From contig DJMA01000012.1 in the NCBI GenBank assembly GCA_002436415.1, positions 26,345-90,344 on the forward strand: 64,000 bases of DNA. The letters run 5' to 3'. The stretch is from Bdellovibrionaceae bacterium UBA6502. Its GTDB lineage: Bacteria > Bdellovibrionota > Bdellovibrionia > Bdellovibrionales > UBA840. Positions 19,800 to 30,175 of the stretch are shown here, in pieces. Every line of letters starts with the position of its first letter. Positions within the stretch are counted from its first letter, which is position 1. The position numbers and the translations under genes are program-made. The notes beneath the pieces were generated by a model, which was not told the origin of the DNA, did not search any database, and worked only from the letters and a program-made list of their open reading frames with translations.

Positions 19800-22118
19800 T
19801 TATTTTTTACAACGATACACCAAATGCATTTTAGTGCCTTCTGCTGGATACGGCGTAAAAAAGACTTTGTTCTTTTTTACTTCATATTGGATATCCTGAG
19901 AAGGCGTTAGATTCACAACCACATTAGGCTTACCATCACCATCAGTGTCTCTAGGTTCACATTGCAAAGCGATCGAGAAAGCTGTTTCCTGAATACGATC
20001 ACCAATATCTGCCAACTGAGCACTATAGTCACTCGAACAAATATCCGCTAAAATACCATCGGTTAACTGAGTAAGCTCTGCGTAGACATTTGCTTCATAC
20101 TTTCCGCCTCGTCTTGCACAGTTATCATCACCTGGTCGGTATACCACTGAGTGATTGCTATAGACTTTTTTGCCATCATATTTTTGGGCAATTGCCTCAA
20201 TTAATTTTTCAGGCTTATTTTCATCCCTTAAACTGCTACCACGCGATCTCTCATCTTCATCTGAAATTATGATACTAGCAAAGTTAGAGTGCTCCCTAAG
20301 GATTTGAGAGTCCTCTCTATCTAAAAACTTACGAATGGATTTAATCCCCTCTTCCGTGTCGTTCCCACGTTCCGTGCGGCGAATGGTTCTTTTAAAATAG
20401 TCATCATAACCACGCACATTTGCGTCTAAATAGTAGATTGGATCACGATTGGTATTGTTTGCAAAGTTTTGCAATCGTCCGCCCGAATGAGGTCCATCGT
20501 CATCTGCATTTGTAGTAATGATTCCTAGACGCCAATCCAAGCCAGACAAAGAATCAATGAAATTTCCAAAGCGCTTACCGATCTCCTTTTGCTCTTTTTC
20601 CATGGAGCTTGAGTTATCAATAACCACAAGTATATCAACTTTTTTCACAGGCTTGCCAACTAAAATTTCTTCAGAGACGATACCATCATCAACTTCCCAG
20701 TCATAACTCACCGCTTGACCAGCATTCCCTAAACTATCTACAGCATACACCTTGAAATTGTGAAATCCGTTATTAAGCTGATAAGTCATTGGTGATTTAC
20801 ACTCCGAGTATTGGGCATTGTTTAATGAACAATAGTAAGCGACAACCTGACTATATTGATCCTTGGCAACAAAGCCAAACTCAGCCTTTTTGCTGACACT
20901 AGGGTTTAATGGTTTTTCTGTAATTTGTATACTTGGCCCACTTGCATCTACTGCAAAACTCTTACTTAGTTGATTACTTTTATTTCCGTTGGTATCCGTG
21001 GCATAAACCACTACCTCATGAACACCCTCTGCTAACTCTTGCTTACTAAAGCTTCCTGTACAGTTTTGGATTGCTTGTCCATCATAGCTACAGGTCCATA
21101 TCAAATCCTCTTTGAGTTGTTCCTTAGCTACAAATCTTACTAAACCAGGACCAACATAAGGACTCGGAAACTCTTCCCATGCAATCACTGGCGCTGTACT
21201 ATCAATAGAAAATTCATAGTCCATAGATTTTGATCTATTTCCAACATTGTCTACAGCGTAAAACTCCAAGCTATGTAGTCCTTCTGCCAAATTCGTTTGA
21301 ACAAAAGAAGTTCCACAGTTTTGAAAACTGGAACTATCGATCTTACAATAAACCTGAGCAAGTCCACTCAACTTATCACTCGCTTCTATTCCCACTGATA
21401 TATTTACTTGGTTTGAAATGACTGGAGGTAAATTTAAAAGCCTTAAACTCGGTCCTTCGGAATCATGTATAATCCCAGCAGAAACACAATTAGTCTCTCT
21501 TAACTGATTTCTAAATTTTGCATAAAACCGGTTCTCTGAATTGCCACTATAAAGCCTAGCCACTGAATCATCACTATAGGCTTGCCAATCCCCAATACAA
21601 TTAGGACTAGCACTCACAATCATCTCATCAGCACCAGCAACAGAATGAAGCAAGTTCACTTCTGCCAAATTTGTGAAAGCTTGAGCGTTTTCTATCTTTA
21701 ATTGAGCAGCACCTAATTTTTCTATCACATCAATACTAAAATCATGAGATTCTTCGCTTAAACAAACACTCGTTGCCGTCATACTTCCCGAAACAACTTG
21801 TACATCATCAAAGGCAACCGGTACATCTAGGCCTTGATAAACTCTTTCACCTTTTGTGGTATTAAGTATCCACTTTGCAGTTCCACCACCTTTAAAGCGA
21901 AGAACCACTTGATCGCCTTGCTCGACAATGGACGGAGCGATAATACCAAAATTTGAAGTACTCTCATCACAAATGATACTTGCACCGGTTTCTGGATCCG
22001 CAACACGCAAACCAAAATTTGCTGGCAACCGATCACAAGCACTAGTAATTACACTAAGCATGCACAACTTCAACACACTAGACTTTAGACTTAACTTACC
22101 CATAAGCTTTTCCCCCAC
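19800..22118 (-). CDS. Surface lipoprotein with three tandem Ig-like repeats and a C-terminal vWA domain
   Basis: 772 aa. Lipobox ITSAC. Three ~88-aa repeats each carry a Cys pair and a VYA.D..GN motif. MIDAS motif DILVVIDNSSSM at 20601-20636. Confidence 0.6.
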   Translation of the reverse strand: MGEKLMGKLSLKSSVLKLCMLSVITSACDRLPANFGLRVADPETGASIICDESTSNFGIIAPSIVEQGDQVVLRFKGGGTAKWILNTTKGERVYQGLDVPVAFDDVQVVSGSMTATSVCLSEESHDFSIDVIEKLGAAQLKIENAQAFTNLAEVNLLHSVAGADEMIVSASPNCIGDWQAYSDDSVARLYSGNSENRFYAKFRNQLRETNCVSAGIIHDSEGPSLRLLNLPPVISNQVNISVGIEASDKLSGLAQVYCKIDSSSFQNCGTSFVQTNLAEGLHSLEFYAVDNVGNRSKSMDYEFSIDSTAPVIAWEEFPSPYVGPGLVRFVAKEQLKEDLIWTCSYDGQAIQNCTGSFSKQELAEGVHEVVVYATDTNGNKSNQLSKSFAVDASGPSIQITEKPLNPSVSKKAEFGFVAKDQYSQVVAYYCSLNNAQYSECKSPMTYQLNNGFHNFKVYAVDSLGNAGQAVSYDWEVDDGIVSEEILVGKPVKKVDILVVIDNSSSMEKEQKEIGKRFGNFIDSLSGLDWRLGIITTNADDDGPHSGGRLQNFANNTNRDPIYYLDANVRGYDDYFKRTIRRTERGNDTEEGIKSIRKFLDREDSQILREHSNFASIIISDEDERSRGSSLRDENKPEKLIEAIAQKYDGKKVYSNHSVVYRPGDDNCARRGGKYEANVYAELTQLTDGILADICSSDYSAQLADIGDRIQETAFSIALQCEPRDTDGDGKPNVVVNLTPSQDIQYEVKKNKVFFTPYPAEGTKMHLVYRCKK

Positions 22119-22540
22119 CTCCTATACAGAGCAGAAAGCATGCCTAGTCTTTGACACTTTAAATCACAGGAAAGTTTAATTTTTTGCTCAAACTAGACGG
22201 TCCTGTAAAATAAAGTGATGATTTATTTAAAATTAAAAGCCCCCTATAGACCTTTAAACCACATTTACAAGGCTTTTTGGTCTAGACCTTGGTTTTATGT
22301 TTTTGCTTTTTGAAACAGATTCAAAGTTTTCATTTATAAATTATTGTAAAAATACAATTCAAACTTTTACTTAAAATTATTAAAAAATCTTTTCCTCGTA
22401 TAAAAACTTTTCAGCTTGGTGCCATGGAGTTTTTCAAAAGCTAACTATTGCGCTCAATGGAAAAGACAAATAAAGCTTCCTTTGTTTAGAAGTGTTTACA
22501 AGCTTCTTATCAAAGAATAGGATTCATTAAGGAGAAAATT

Positions 22541-23479
22541 ATGGGACGATTGATTGATGGTAAATGGGTAAAAACTAGCATAATAACGAGTGACGACAGC
22601 GGTGCCTACGACCGAATACCGAGAAGTTTTTTAGATAAAATTGGCTCTGAAAAATACCCTGCCGAATCAGGAAGATATCATTTGTATGTATCCTACGCCT
22701 GTCCATGGGCCCATCGAACCTTAATCATGAGAGAATTAAAAGGTCTATCAGAACACATTAGCCTTAGCGTAGTACATCCAGACATGCTCGAATATGGTTG
22801 GAAGTTTGATAGTAGTTTTGCCGGTGCGACGGAAGATCATTTATTTAATAAATCCCATCTTCATGAGATTTACACACTAGCTCAATCTGATGTTTCAACC
22901 AGCGTAACGGTTCCTGTTTTGTTCGACAAATCCACAAACAGCATCGTAAACAATGAATCCTCTGAAATCATTCGCATCTTTAATACCGCATTTAACTCTT
23001 TTACGAATAACAAAGACGATTACTACCCCGAGCATCTACAAAGTGAGATCAACCAATGGAACGACGAAATATACGACAAAGTTAACAATGGAGTCTATAA
23101 AGCCGGTTTTTCTAAAAGCCAAAAGGCATATGACAAAGCCGTGACCGAACTGTTTCAATGCCTCGATAAATTAGATAAGCACTTAGATACAAATCAATAT
23201 TTAGTAGGAGAGAAACTCACAGAAGCAGACATTCGTTTGCTTACTAGCTTAATTCGCTTTGATGATGTTTATGCCGTTCATTTCAAATGCAGTTATAGAA
23301 AAATCAAAGACTACAAAAACTTGAGTGCGTATCTACAGAGACTTTTTGAACTTCCTGCTGTTAAAAAAACGACTTTCATGGACCATATCAAAAGGCACTA
23401 CTATTACTCCCATGAAGAATTAAACCCATGTAGAATTATCGCAAAAACTTCATCGGTAATTTATACCGATGAATTCTAA
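22541..23479 (+). CDS. yqjG: Xi-class glutathione transferase / glutathionyl-hydroquinone reductase
   Basis: 312 aa. Diagnostic CPWAHR active-site motif, with length and architecture of YqjG/ECM4. Confidence 0.85.
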   Translation: MGRLIDGKWVKTSIITSDDSGAYDRIPRSFLDKIGSEKYPAESGRYHLYVSYACPWAHRTLIMRELKGLSEHISLSVVHPDMLEYGWKFDSSFAGATEDHLFNKSHLHEIYTLAQSDVSTSVTVPVLFDKSTNSIVNNESSEIIRIFNTAFNSFTNNKDDYYPEHLQSEINQWNDEIYDKVNNGVYKAGFSKSQKAYDKAVTELFQCLDKLDKHLDTNQYLVGEKLTEADIRLLTSLIRFDDVYAVHFKCSYRKIKDYKNLSAYLQRLFELPAVKKTTFMDHIKRHYYYSHEELNPCRIIAKTSSVIYTDEF

Positions 23480-23700
23480 TCCATGATTTTTTCATGAAAG
23501 TATTTTTTAGCTTCTAAAAATTGATCTTTAGGAACTTTAAGATAGAAAACATTTAGGCCCTCTAAAGGTGCTCCGGGGGCCATTTCTACTACAGCATTAA
23601 AACCAGCATGAATCAGCTGCTCCGCTAGCTTTTGCACATCACTAAATTGATAGAAAGAATTCTCTGCACCAAATCTACCAATGCTAACATAGTCGCCCAT
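23476..23700 (-). CDS. Small hypothetical protein (DUF2007-like?)
   Basis: 74-aa ORF between a terminator and convergent yqjG. Only weak pattern resemblance. Confidence 0.3.
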   Translation of the reverse strand: MGDYVSIGRFGAENSFYQFSDVQKLAEQLIHAGFNAVVEMAPGAPLEGLNVFYLKVPKDQFLEAKKYFHEKIMD

Positions 23701-23710
23701 TTTGTCTCCT

Positions 23711-23745
23711 TAAAAAAAAAAGCCGAGCTCTAGGCCCGGCTTTTG
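23711..23745 (-). terminator. Rho-independent terminator of fadE
   Basis: Minus strand: GCCGGGC-ctaga-GCTCGGC followed by T10. Confidence 0.7.
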
Positions 23746-23760
23746 CTTTTGTTTTTTTAA

Positions 23761-26268
23761 TTATGCCTTATCAGCTTGAGCACCAAGATTATCTGAGCCA
23801 TTGGCTATCTCAGTTTCAATTGGTTTTTTTCCATCTGGAAAATACTCTTCTGGGCCGAAGTCATCCACCTGAACAGCGTCCAGTCGCATTTCCTCTGCCT
23901 TTTGAACAAGAGCATACTCTTCGTCAGTAATCACTCCAGCCTTCTTACCTTCTTCAACCAAAGCCAAGCCTTTTACTCTTGGAATTTGCTTAGCTTTTAC
24001 AGCAGCACGAAGTTTCTTTTCAACCGCTTCTGCTTCTTTAACCTTTTTAAAGGTCATATCCACTTTAGCAAGTCCATCATTGAAGTCATTTTTCACGAAA
24101 ACGTTTTCAGTCAAACGATCACGTTGCTCACTATCTTGTTGCATCAAACGAGCCACTTCGTTACTTACACTATCTTCCACATTACGGCTAAGCTTATTAA
24201 ACTCAGACCAGAACTTAATTGGGTATTTAAACAACCAACTCAAACCTGGCACCGGTAAGTTTTCATAAATTCCGTCAAAAGCAGTTTGAATTTGGGTAAA
24301 AGCATACTGCATAGACATATGAACAAACGGAAGGTCTTCTTTCTTTCTTCCTTCAGCTTCCCAACGTCTTAATACGGCTGTACCGATATACATCCAAGAA
24401 AGGATATCTGCATAACGACCTGTTAATCTCTCTTTTACTTTTAAAGCTCCACCAAGGCTACCCATGGCAATATCAGACATAAAAGCATAAGTTGCAGAAG
24501 TCCAAGATAGTTTTCTCCAGTATTTAGCAGTAGGTCCACCAACAGGAGAACTTGCTAACCAACCACGAGTTGCACTTAACACTAATGCACGACATGCGTT
24601 TCGAACGATGTGATTGATATGTCCCCAGAAGGCTCTATCAAAAGCAGATACATCACCTGCTTCCACTGCAGCAACTTCTTTATAAGCATATGGGTGAGCA
24701 CGTAGAGCGCCTTGACCAAAAATGATTAAAGTACGAGTTAAAATATTCGCACCCTCCACTGTAATCCCGATTGGGATGGCAGTGTAACCATTAGCTAAAA
24801 AGTTACGAGGTCCTCTCGAAATACCAGCACCACCGATAATATCCATACCGTGATTCACTGCTTTTCTCATTAATTCTGTGGAATTGTATTTTGCAATGGC
24901 CGTTACAACCGGTGGTTGAATACCGTTGTCAATAGCACCTGCTGTGTACTTACGAAGAGCTTCTAGCATATAAGCAGCAGAACCGATAAAACTCAATGGC
25001 TCAGCCACACCTTCAAATTTACCCACTGGCATTCCAAATTGCTTACGAATTGCGGAATAAGCACCTACGCCACGGAAAGCTAATTTTGCGCCACCAGAAC
25101 TTTGACTCACAAGAGAAATACCGCGACCAGCAGCCAGACTTTCCATCAACATTGGCCAACCTTTACCAGCATTTTCAAGGCCACCGATGATTTGGTCTAC
25201 AGAAACTACAACGTCATGACCTTGTGTTGGACAGTTATAGAATGGAGTATTTAATGGATCATGACGACGACCAATCACAACACCCGGAGTGTCGGAAGGA
25301 ATTAAGGCACATGTGATACCAAGATCTCCCCCACCTTTTCCAAGTAAATCATTCGGATCATTCAAACGGAAAGCTAAACCTAGAACCGTTGAAATTGCTG
25401 CCAATGTGATATAGCGCTTGTTCCAATTTAATTTGATATAAAGTTTTCCATCTTCCCCTTTAAACAACTCACCATGAGAAGTTAAAGAACCTGCATCAGA
25501 ACCAGCTGTTGGCTCCGTCAAAGCAAAACACGGAATTTCAGTACCATTTGCTAAGCGTGGTAAATAGTAGTCACGCTGCTCTTGCGTACCATAATGAAGA
25601 AGTAACTCAGCAGGTCCCAAAGAGTTTGGTACCATCACCGTTACACCAGCAGTAATACTACGACCAGAAATTTTCTCGATCACAGCACCATGCCCTAAAG
25701 CGCTAATTCCTAATCCACCGTATTCTTTAGGAATAATCATTCCTAAGAATTTTTCTTTACGAAGAAAATCCCAAACCTCTTTCGGCATGGCACGTTTTTT
25801 TGTAATTTCCCAATCATCAATTAAATTACAAAGCTCTTCAACAGGACCATCCATGAAGGCTTGCTCTTCAGCGTTTAATGACGGGTAAGTTTCGTTTAAT
25901 AATCTTTTTAAATTTGGCTTTCCACTAAAAAGCTCAGCCTCAGCCCAAACCTTACCAGCATCCAGTGCCGCTCTTTCTGTTTCAGAGATTTTGGGAATCA
26001 AACCAAGTTTTTTCATCGTGTTCATTACCAGACTAGAAACAATCGCAGCACGAATTGGTTTGATGTTAAAAATCACTGCAATCACTGCAGCAACAATTAA
26101 CGCAGACTCAGGCGCAGCGTAACCAATCATGATGGCAGCGATACCAATCGTCCAGACGATAAATGGGGAACCTAAAAATCCAATGGCCAAAATCAAGGCT
26201 ATTGAACCAACAACTCCCCAAGCACCATAGGCATTTAAAATACCGTAAATTTCTCCTAAAGCTTCCAC
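23761..26268 (-). CDS. fadE: Large FadE-type acyl-CoA dehydrogenase
   Basis: 835 aa. N-terminal TM segments, ALTEPTAGSDAGS and GGxG acyl-CoA dehydrogenase motifs, FadE-specific C-terminal extension. Confidence 0.9.
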   Translation of the reverse strand: MEALGEIYGILNAYGAWGVVGSIALILAIGFLGSPFIVWTIGIAAIMIGYAAPESALIVAAVIAVIFNIKPIRAAIVSSLVMNTMKKLGLIPKISETERAALDAGKVWAEAELFSGKPNLKRLLNETYPSLNAEEQAFMDGPVEELCNLIDDWEITKKRAMPKEVWDFLRKEKFLGMIIPKEYGGLGISALGHGAVIEKISGRSITAGVTVMVPNSLGPAELLLHYGTQEQRDYYLPRLANGTEIPCFALTEPTAGSDAGSLTSHGELFKGEDGKLYIKLNWNKRYITLAAISTVLGLAFRLNDPNDLLGKGGGDLGITCALIPSDTPGVVIGRRHDPLNTPFYNCPTQGHDVVVSVDQIIGGLENAGKGWPMLMESLAAGRGISLVSQSSGGAKLAFRGVGAYSAIRKQFGMPVGKFEGVAEPLSFIGSAAYMLEALRKYTAGAIDNGIQPPVVTAIAKYNSTELMRKAVNHGMDIIGGAGISRGPRNFLANGYTAIPIGITVEGANILTRTLIIFGQGALRAHPYAYKEVAAVEAGDVSAFDRAFWGHINHIVRNACRALVLSATRGWLASSPVGGPTAKYWRKLSWTSATYAFMSDIAMGSLGGALKVKERLTGRYADILSWMYIGTAVLRRWEAEGRKKEDLPFVHMSMQYAFTQIQTAFDGIYENLPVPGLSWLFKYPIKFWSEFNKLSRNVEDSVSNEVARLMQQDSEQRDRLTENVFVKNDFNDGLAKVDMTFKKVKEAEAVEKKLRAAVKAKQIPRVKGLALVEEGKKAGVITDEEYALVQKAEEMRLDAVQVDDFGPEEYFPDGKKPIETEIANGSDNLGAQADKA

Positions 26269-26464
26269 AAGCGGACTCCTTCTTAAATAGTTGCAAAAAC
26301 ATTATTGTTGTTCAGCCTCTATTTTCTCTCGTATTTTCAGCCTTTTGCAAGTCAAAGCGATGGAATGCAAATAGAATGTGTCGAAACTAGATTTTAGGAC
26401 AAGAAAAAGCGTTTAAACTCATGAAATTATTAATGAATTCTTAAGACATTTTATTAAACATTAT

Positions 26465-26494
26465 TTGAGCATTTTCTGTACCAATTAGTACAAT
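26465..26494 (+). promoter_or_regulatory. Candidate tetR promoter overlapped by a palindromic operator
   Basis: TTGAGC, 18-nt spacer, TACAAT. The near-palindrome TGTACCAATTAGTACA (26477-26492) overlaps the -10 box. Confidence 0.4.
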
Positions 26495-26505
26495 TATCGG
26501 TTAAA

Positions 26506-27093
26506 ATGTGTTTAATGAATGCATCCAAAAAAAAGATCCTCTATTCGGCTTATCATTTATTTCGCAGGCAGGGTTACAATGCTACGGGATTGCAAGAAAT
26601 CTTGGATAAATCTAAGACAGGTAAGTCTCAACTTTATCACCACTTCTCCTCCAAAGAAGAGCTTCTGCTTGAGAGCTTAAAGTTTTATTCAGAGAAGGTT
26701 TACGCAGAGACTTCTAAATTTATGTATGGAATTAAAAGCCTCGATGAATTTGAAAGGATCATTGCTGGGTCAAGAAGACTAGCAAGGAGTCAATCTGTCA
26801 TTGTAGGTTGTTATTTTGGTAGTATAGCTGGTGAGCTGGCTGTAACCAATCCAAGCATCCGAAAGTTCCTTGTAGATCTTTATGATGATTGGCAAAAGCT
26901 GTTTGTCGCAGGTTTAGAAGAACTAAAAAACCGCTCATTAATCAGTAAAGACGCCAAAACTGATGAACTTGCTGAATTTTTTCTCGTATCGGTACAAGGT
27001 GCTTTCATCTTAGCCAAAACCACAGAGGATTTAAGCGTAATTGACCGTAGTATTCAAAAAAGTCTCAATTACATCCGTTCCTACGCAATATGA
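26506..27093 (+). CDS. TetR/AcrR family transcriptional regulator
   Basis: 195 aa. N-terminal HTH ILYSAYHLFRRQGYNATGLQEILDKSKTGKSQLYHHF. Likely start at MNASKKK (26515). Confidence 0.85.
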   Translation: MCLMNASKKKILYSAYHLFRRQGYNATGLQEILDKSKTGKSQLYHHFSSKEELLLESLKFYSEKVYAETSKFMYGIKSLDEFERIIAGSRRLARSQSVIVGCYFGSIAGELAVTNPSIRKFLVDLYDDWQKLFVAGLEELKNRSLISKDAKTDELAEFFLVSVQGAFILAKTTEDLSVIDRSIQKSLNYIRSYAI

Positions 27094-27224
27094 TAAACAA
27101 TTCGAGCTTTTCTACTGGACAGAATTGTCTCAAAGACTAAACTTAAGCATCGTTATTTTAATAAATTCAAGCTTTTATGCAATAATATCAACACTGTGCT
27201 TGAACACTTTTGAAGGGGTAATTT

Positions 27225-27833
27225 ATGTTAAAAAATGCTATTTGCTTTTTACTAATATTAGGATTGGCTTCAACTCTCAATGCTGAAGAAAACAAAAATA
27301 CAGAGACCAAAAAGAACGAAAAACCTGTTGCCACCAAGAGCATTAAGGACGTTGAGTTTCCTGTAGAAAAAGTGGTTGCAGGAGAAAAACTAGTTCTAAA
27401 TGGACTAGGCCTTAGAAAAGCTTTTTTCACTGTTAAGGTTTATGTTGGTGCACTTTACTTATCCGAAAAAAGCACTGAAGTTGATGCTATTGTTAAAAAT
27501 CCGAAAGTAAAAAAAGTGGAAATGCAGTTTTTGATGGGAGTCCCAAGAAACAAGCTAACAGAAGCTTGGCGTGAGGCTCTATACAATCAGTGCCCTAAAG
27601 ACTGTAGCAATGTTAAAGAAGGTACAGCAAAAATGAACTCCTATATGACAAGCGTAGTAAAAGGAGATCGCTTCGAATACACAATCTTTCCTGACAAAGT
27701 TCTGGTTAGTATCAAAGGCGAAGAAAAACCAGCCATTCCTGGTAAAGACTTTGCTGAAGCTATGATTAAAATTTATGTTGGTGATAAAGCCATCGACTCC
27801 AACCTAGCAAAAGGTCTAAGAGGACTTGAGTAA
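27225..27833 (+). CDS. Secreted chalcone-isomerase-like (fatty-acid-binding fold) protein
   Basis: 202 aa with a signal peptide. LVLNGLGLRKAFFTVKVYVGALYL is typical of the bacterial CHI-like family. Confidence 0.6.
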   Translation: MLKNAICFLLILGLASTLNAEENKNTETKKNEKPVATKSIKDVEFPVEKVVAGEKLVLNGLGLRKAFFTVKVYVGALYLSEKSTEVDAIVKNPKVKKVEMQFLMGVPRNKLTEAWREALYNQCPKDCSNVKEGTAKMNSYMTSVVKGDRFEYTIFPDKVLVSIKGEEKPAIPGKDFAEAMIKIYVGDKAIDSNLAKGLRGLE

Positions 27834-27936
27834 TCTTAAGGACTAAGGCAGAGACTTAGGGAAAAACCTTATGCATAGGCTAAATCTGTTTAATAATAAA
27901 GTAATTGAATTAATTTGTGTGTAGAAGGAAATTGAG

Positions 27937-28461
27937 ATGAATGAGAAATCTGGAACTTTGCTTGTCGTAGATGATGAAGACATGATTCGCGAAATTCTTG
28001 TAGAAGAGTTTGCTACCGTGGCCGAAAACGTAGTGCAAGCCAGAAATGGTAAAGAAGCAATTTCTATTCTTGAGGATACCCCAAACATCGACGGAATTTT
28101 TTCTGATATCTCAATGCCTGAAATGGATGGACTGGAACTTCTTGAATGGGTTACAGAACACAGACCTTATATTGGAATGGTCATGCTTAGCGCCTATGGC
28201 GATAAGAAGAATACTGCAAAGGCTTTAAAACTTGGAGCCCTAGATTTTATCGACAAACCATTTCAAATAGACAAGCTAGTAGAAGTGGCCAAAGAATGCA
28301 TTGAATTTGGCAGAATCAATCACGAAGCAGCCGATGAAGTTGAGAAGCTCGTAGAAGAAAAAGTAGATCTTCCGGATGAAAAAATCGGTGAATGGAAGCG
28401 AATGAAACACAAACTGCTAGTCCTGGAATACCGAAAAAAACGTTTCAAAGAGAATAAATAA
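27937..28461 (+). CDS. Response regulator receiver protein with a C-terminal helical extension
   Basis: 174 aa. VVDDED, FSDISMPEMDG, LSAYGD and DKPF motifs. Confidence 0.85.
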   Translation: MNEKSGTLLVVDDEDMIREILVEEFATVAENVVQARNGKEAISILEDTPNIDGIFSDISMPEMDGLELLEWVTEHRPYIGMVMLSAYGDKKNTAKALKLGALDFIDKPFQIDKLVEVAKECIEFGRINHEAADEVEKLVEEKVDLPDEKIGEWKRMKHKLLVLEYRKKRFKENK

Positions 28462-28493
28462 AAAAAGAGGAGATCATCTCCTCTTTTTTTTTT
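28461..28493 (+). terminator. Rho-independent terminator
   Basis: GAGGAGA-tca-TCTCCTC followed by T10. Confidence 0.8.
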
Positions 28494-28502
28494 AAAATCA
28501 AT

Positions 28503-29501
28503 TTACAAAGTCTTTGCAAAGTCTTGTAGTTGCTGTAAATAACTTCCATCCAAACGAGGACCGTATTTTGTTACCAACAAACTTGCAGCGTAGTTGGCAA
28601 GCTTAGCGCTATCCGCAAAAGAATGTCCATTAGTTAAACCATACAAAAAGCTACCTGCGAAAATATCACCAGCACCATTTGTATCTACAGCCTTAGCTTC
28701 AAAGCCTTCTACCACTAGCTCTTGATTTCCATCAAAAACCAAAGCGCCCTTTGCACCTAAGGTAATCACAAAACTATTTGCAACTTTTTTGATTGCTTCC
28801 ACAGCAACACTTAAATCTTCCGTTTCAGCATAAGTTAAAGCTTCGGACTCATTACAAAAAAGAAGGTCTACTTTTTCACCAATCATTTCTTTTAAGCCAT
28901 CTTTAAAAAACTGCACCATATTAGGATCAGAAAAAGTAAGCGCCGTTTTTACACCAAACTCTTGAGCAATTTTGCGAGCTTTTACCGCTGCCGCCCTACC
29001 CGTAGGTGAAGTCACAAGATAGCCTTCCATATAAATGTATTTAGATTCTTTGATGGCTTCAGGAATAATTTCTTCTTCACTAAAGCTTTCTGTGATTCCT
29101 AAAAAAGTATTCATACTTCGCTCAGCATCTGGAGTAACCAAAACAAAACACTTTCCCGTTACGCCATCTTTTCGAGCCACTTCATCTAGACTGGTAGATA
29201 CACCATTTGCCTTTAAATCCTTATAATAAAAATCACCGGTTTCATCAGAAGCCACTTTACAGCTATAAAAGCTATTTCCACCTAGTTGGCTAATGGCAAT
29301 CATGGTATTTGCAGCAGAACCACCACAGGCACGATTGGGAGTTTCTTTATGGAGACCTTCTAAAATTTGATGCTGCCTCTCTTCATCAACTAGAGTCATC
29401 AATCCTTTATCAACCTCTAATCTATTCAGATCTTCATCTTTCACAGAAAACTCATAGTCTACCAAAGCATTTCCTAAGCCATATACATCATATTTCGCCA
29501 T
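28503..29501 (-). CDS. PfkB-family adenosine kinase-like carbohydrate/nucleoside kinase
   Basis: GNALVDYEF N-terminus and DTNGAGDIFAGSFLYG ATP motif. GGAGA SD upstream of MAKYDVYG (29501); the ORF-track start at 29552 is probably too long. Confidence 0.8.
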   Translation of the reverse strand: MAKYDVYGLGNALVDYEFSVKDEDLNRLEVDKGLMTLVDEERQHQILEGLHKETPNRACGGSAANTMIAISQLGGNSFYSCKVASDETGDFYYKDLKANGVSTSLDEVARKDGVTGKCFVLVTPDAERSMNTFLGITESFSEEEIIPEAIKESKYIYMEGYLVTSPTGRAAAVKARKIAQEFGVKTALTFSDPNMVQFFKDGLKEMIGEKVDLLFCNESEALTYAETEDLSVAVEAIKKVANSFVITLGAKGALVFDGNQELVVEGFEAKAVDTNGAGDIFAGSFLYGLTNGHSFADSAKLANYAASLLVTKYGPRLDGSYLQQLQDFAKTL

Positions 29502-29652
29502 TAATTTCTCCCATTTAAATTCGCTAGAAAGAATACGATTGAATAGCAGCAATTCCTAGCTGAAAGCTGTAAAAAACACGATTAAGCTTAGAATGGCGGC
29601 AATTTGATTTTTAAAATAGCTTCCAGAGAAAACGAGCACAACTAAGAAGGCT

Positions 29653-29690
29653 TTTGGGCAAAAAAAAGCCTAGCCGAGGAGGCTAGGCAC
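29653..29690 (-). terminator. Rho-independent terminator of the sigma/anti-sigma operon
   Basis: Minus strand: GCCTAGCC-tcctc-GGCTAGGC followed by T8. Confidence 0.65.
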
Positions 29691-29911
29691 TAAGGAGCTC
29701 GTATTAAACTATCGCTATAGTTTCCTCCCCCAGATTTCAGAGCTCTTCATGAGGAAGTCGTTTTCGAGCTTTTTCTAACACAATTATAAACATCCTCAAA
29801 CTGTAAATGCGCCAAGAGCCCATAAAGAATTTATACCGCCATTTTGGCCCCAATTTTCTGTAAAAATTATTTAAAATCAAAAGAGATACTCATGAAAGAG
29901 CCTAGAAAAAC

Positions 29912-30175
29912 TTATTTGCCGTGTTTATTTATGATTCTTTTCGTTAGTTCATCTAATTTCGAGCGCTCGAATTGATCCTGCCGTTCGCCAATCAAAAGCT
30001 TCACAGAAGAGTCCATTTGTTCAATTTGTGTCATATAATCACGACAAGGACCGCAAATGAGACGATGTAAAAACAAACGAAAGCGAGTCAACAAGCCTTG
30101 CGAGCCTTGGTTGCAAACCTGAAAACTGACGTCTTTGCAGGAAAATATAAACTGATTCATCCATTTCTTTAACAT
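29912..30175 (-). CDS. Small soluble zf-HC2-type anti-sigma factor
   Basis: 87 aa. HRLICGPC (H-x3-C-x2-C). The start abuts the stop of the ECF sigma gene. Confidence 0.6.
   Translation of the reverse strand: MLKKWMNQFIFSCKDVSFQVCNQGSQGLLTRFRLFLHRLICGPCRDYMTQIEQMDSSVKLLIGERQDQFERSKLDELTKRIINKHGK

Noticed and set aside
27041-27430. ORFs 27041..27286 (+) and 27188..27430 (-) around the start of the CHI-like gene.
   Set aside because: They overlap the TetR 3' end and the CHI-like gene, which has a good SD and signal peptide. There are no supporting motifs.
29691-29911. 220-bp gene-free stretch with AAGGAG and GAGCTC repeats, considered as a small ORF or sRNA.
   Set aside because: No start codon follows the SD-like AAGGAG in a usable frame, and no convincing stem-loop or terminator pair was seen. 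Left unannotated.
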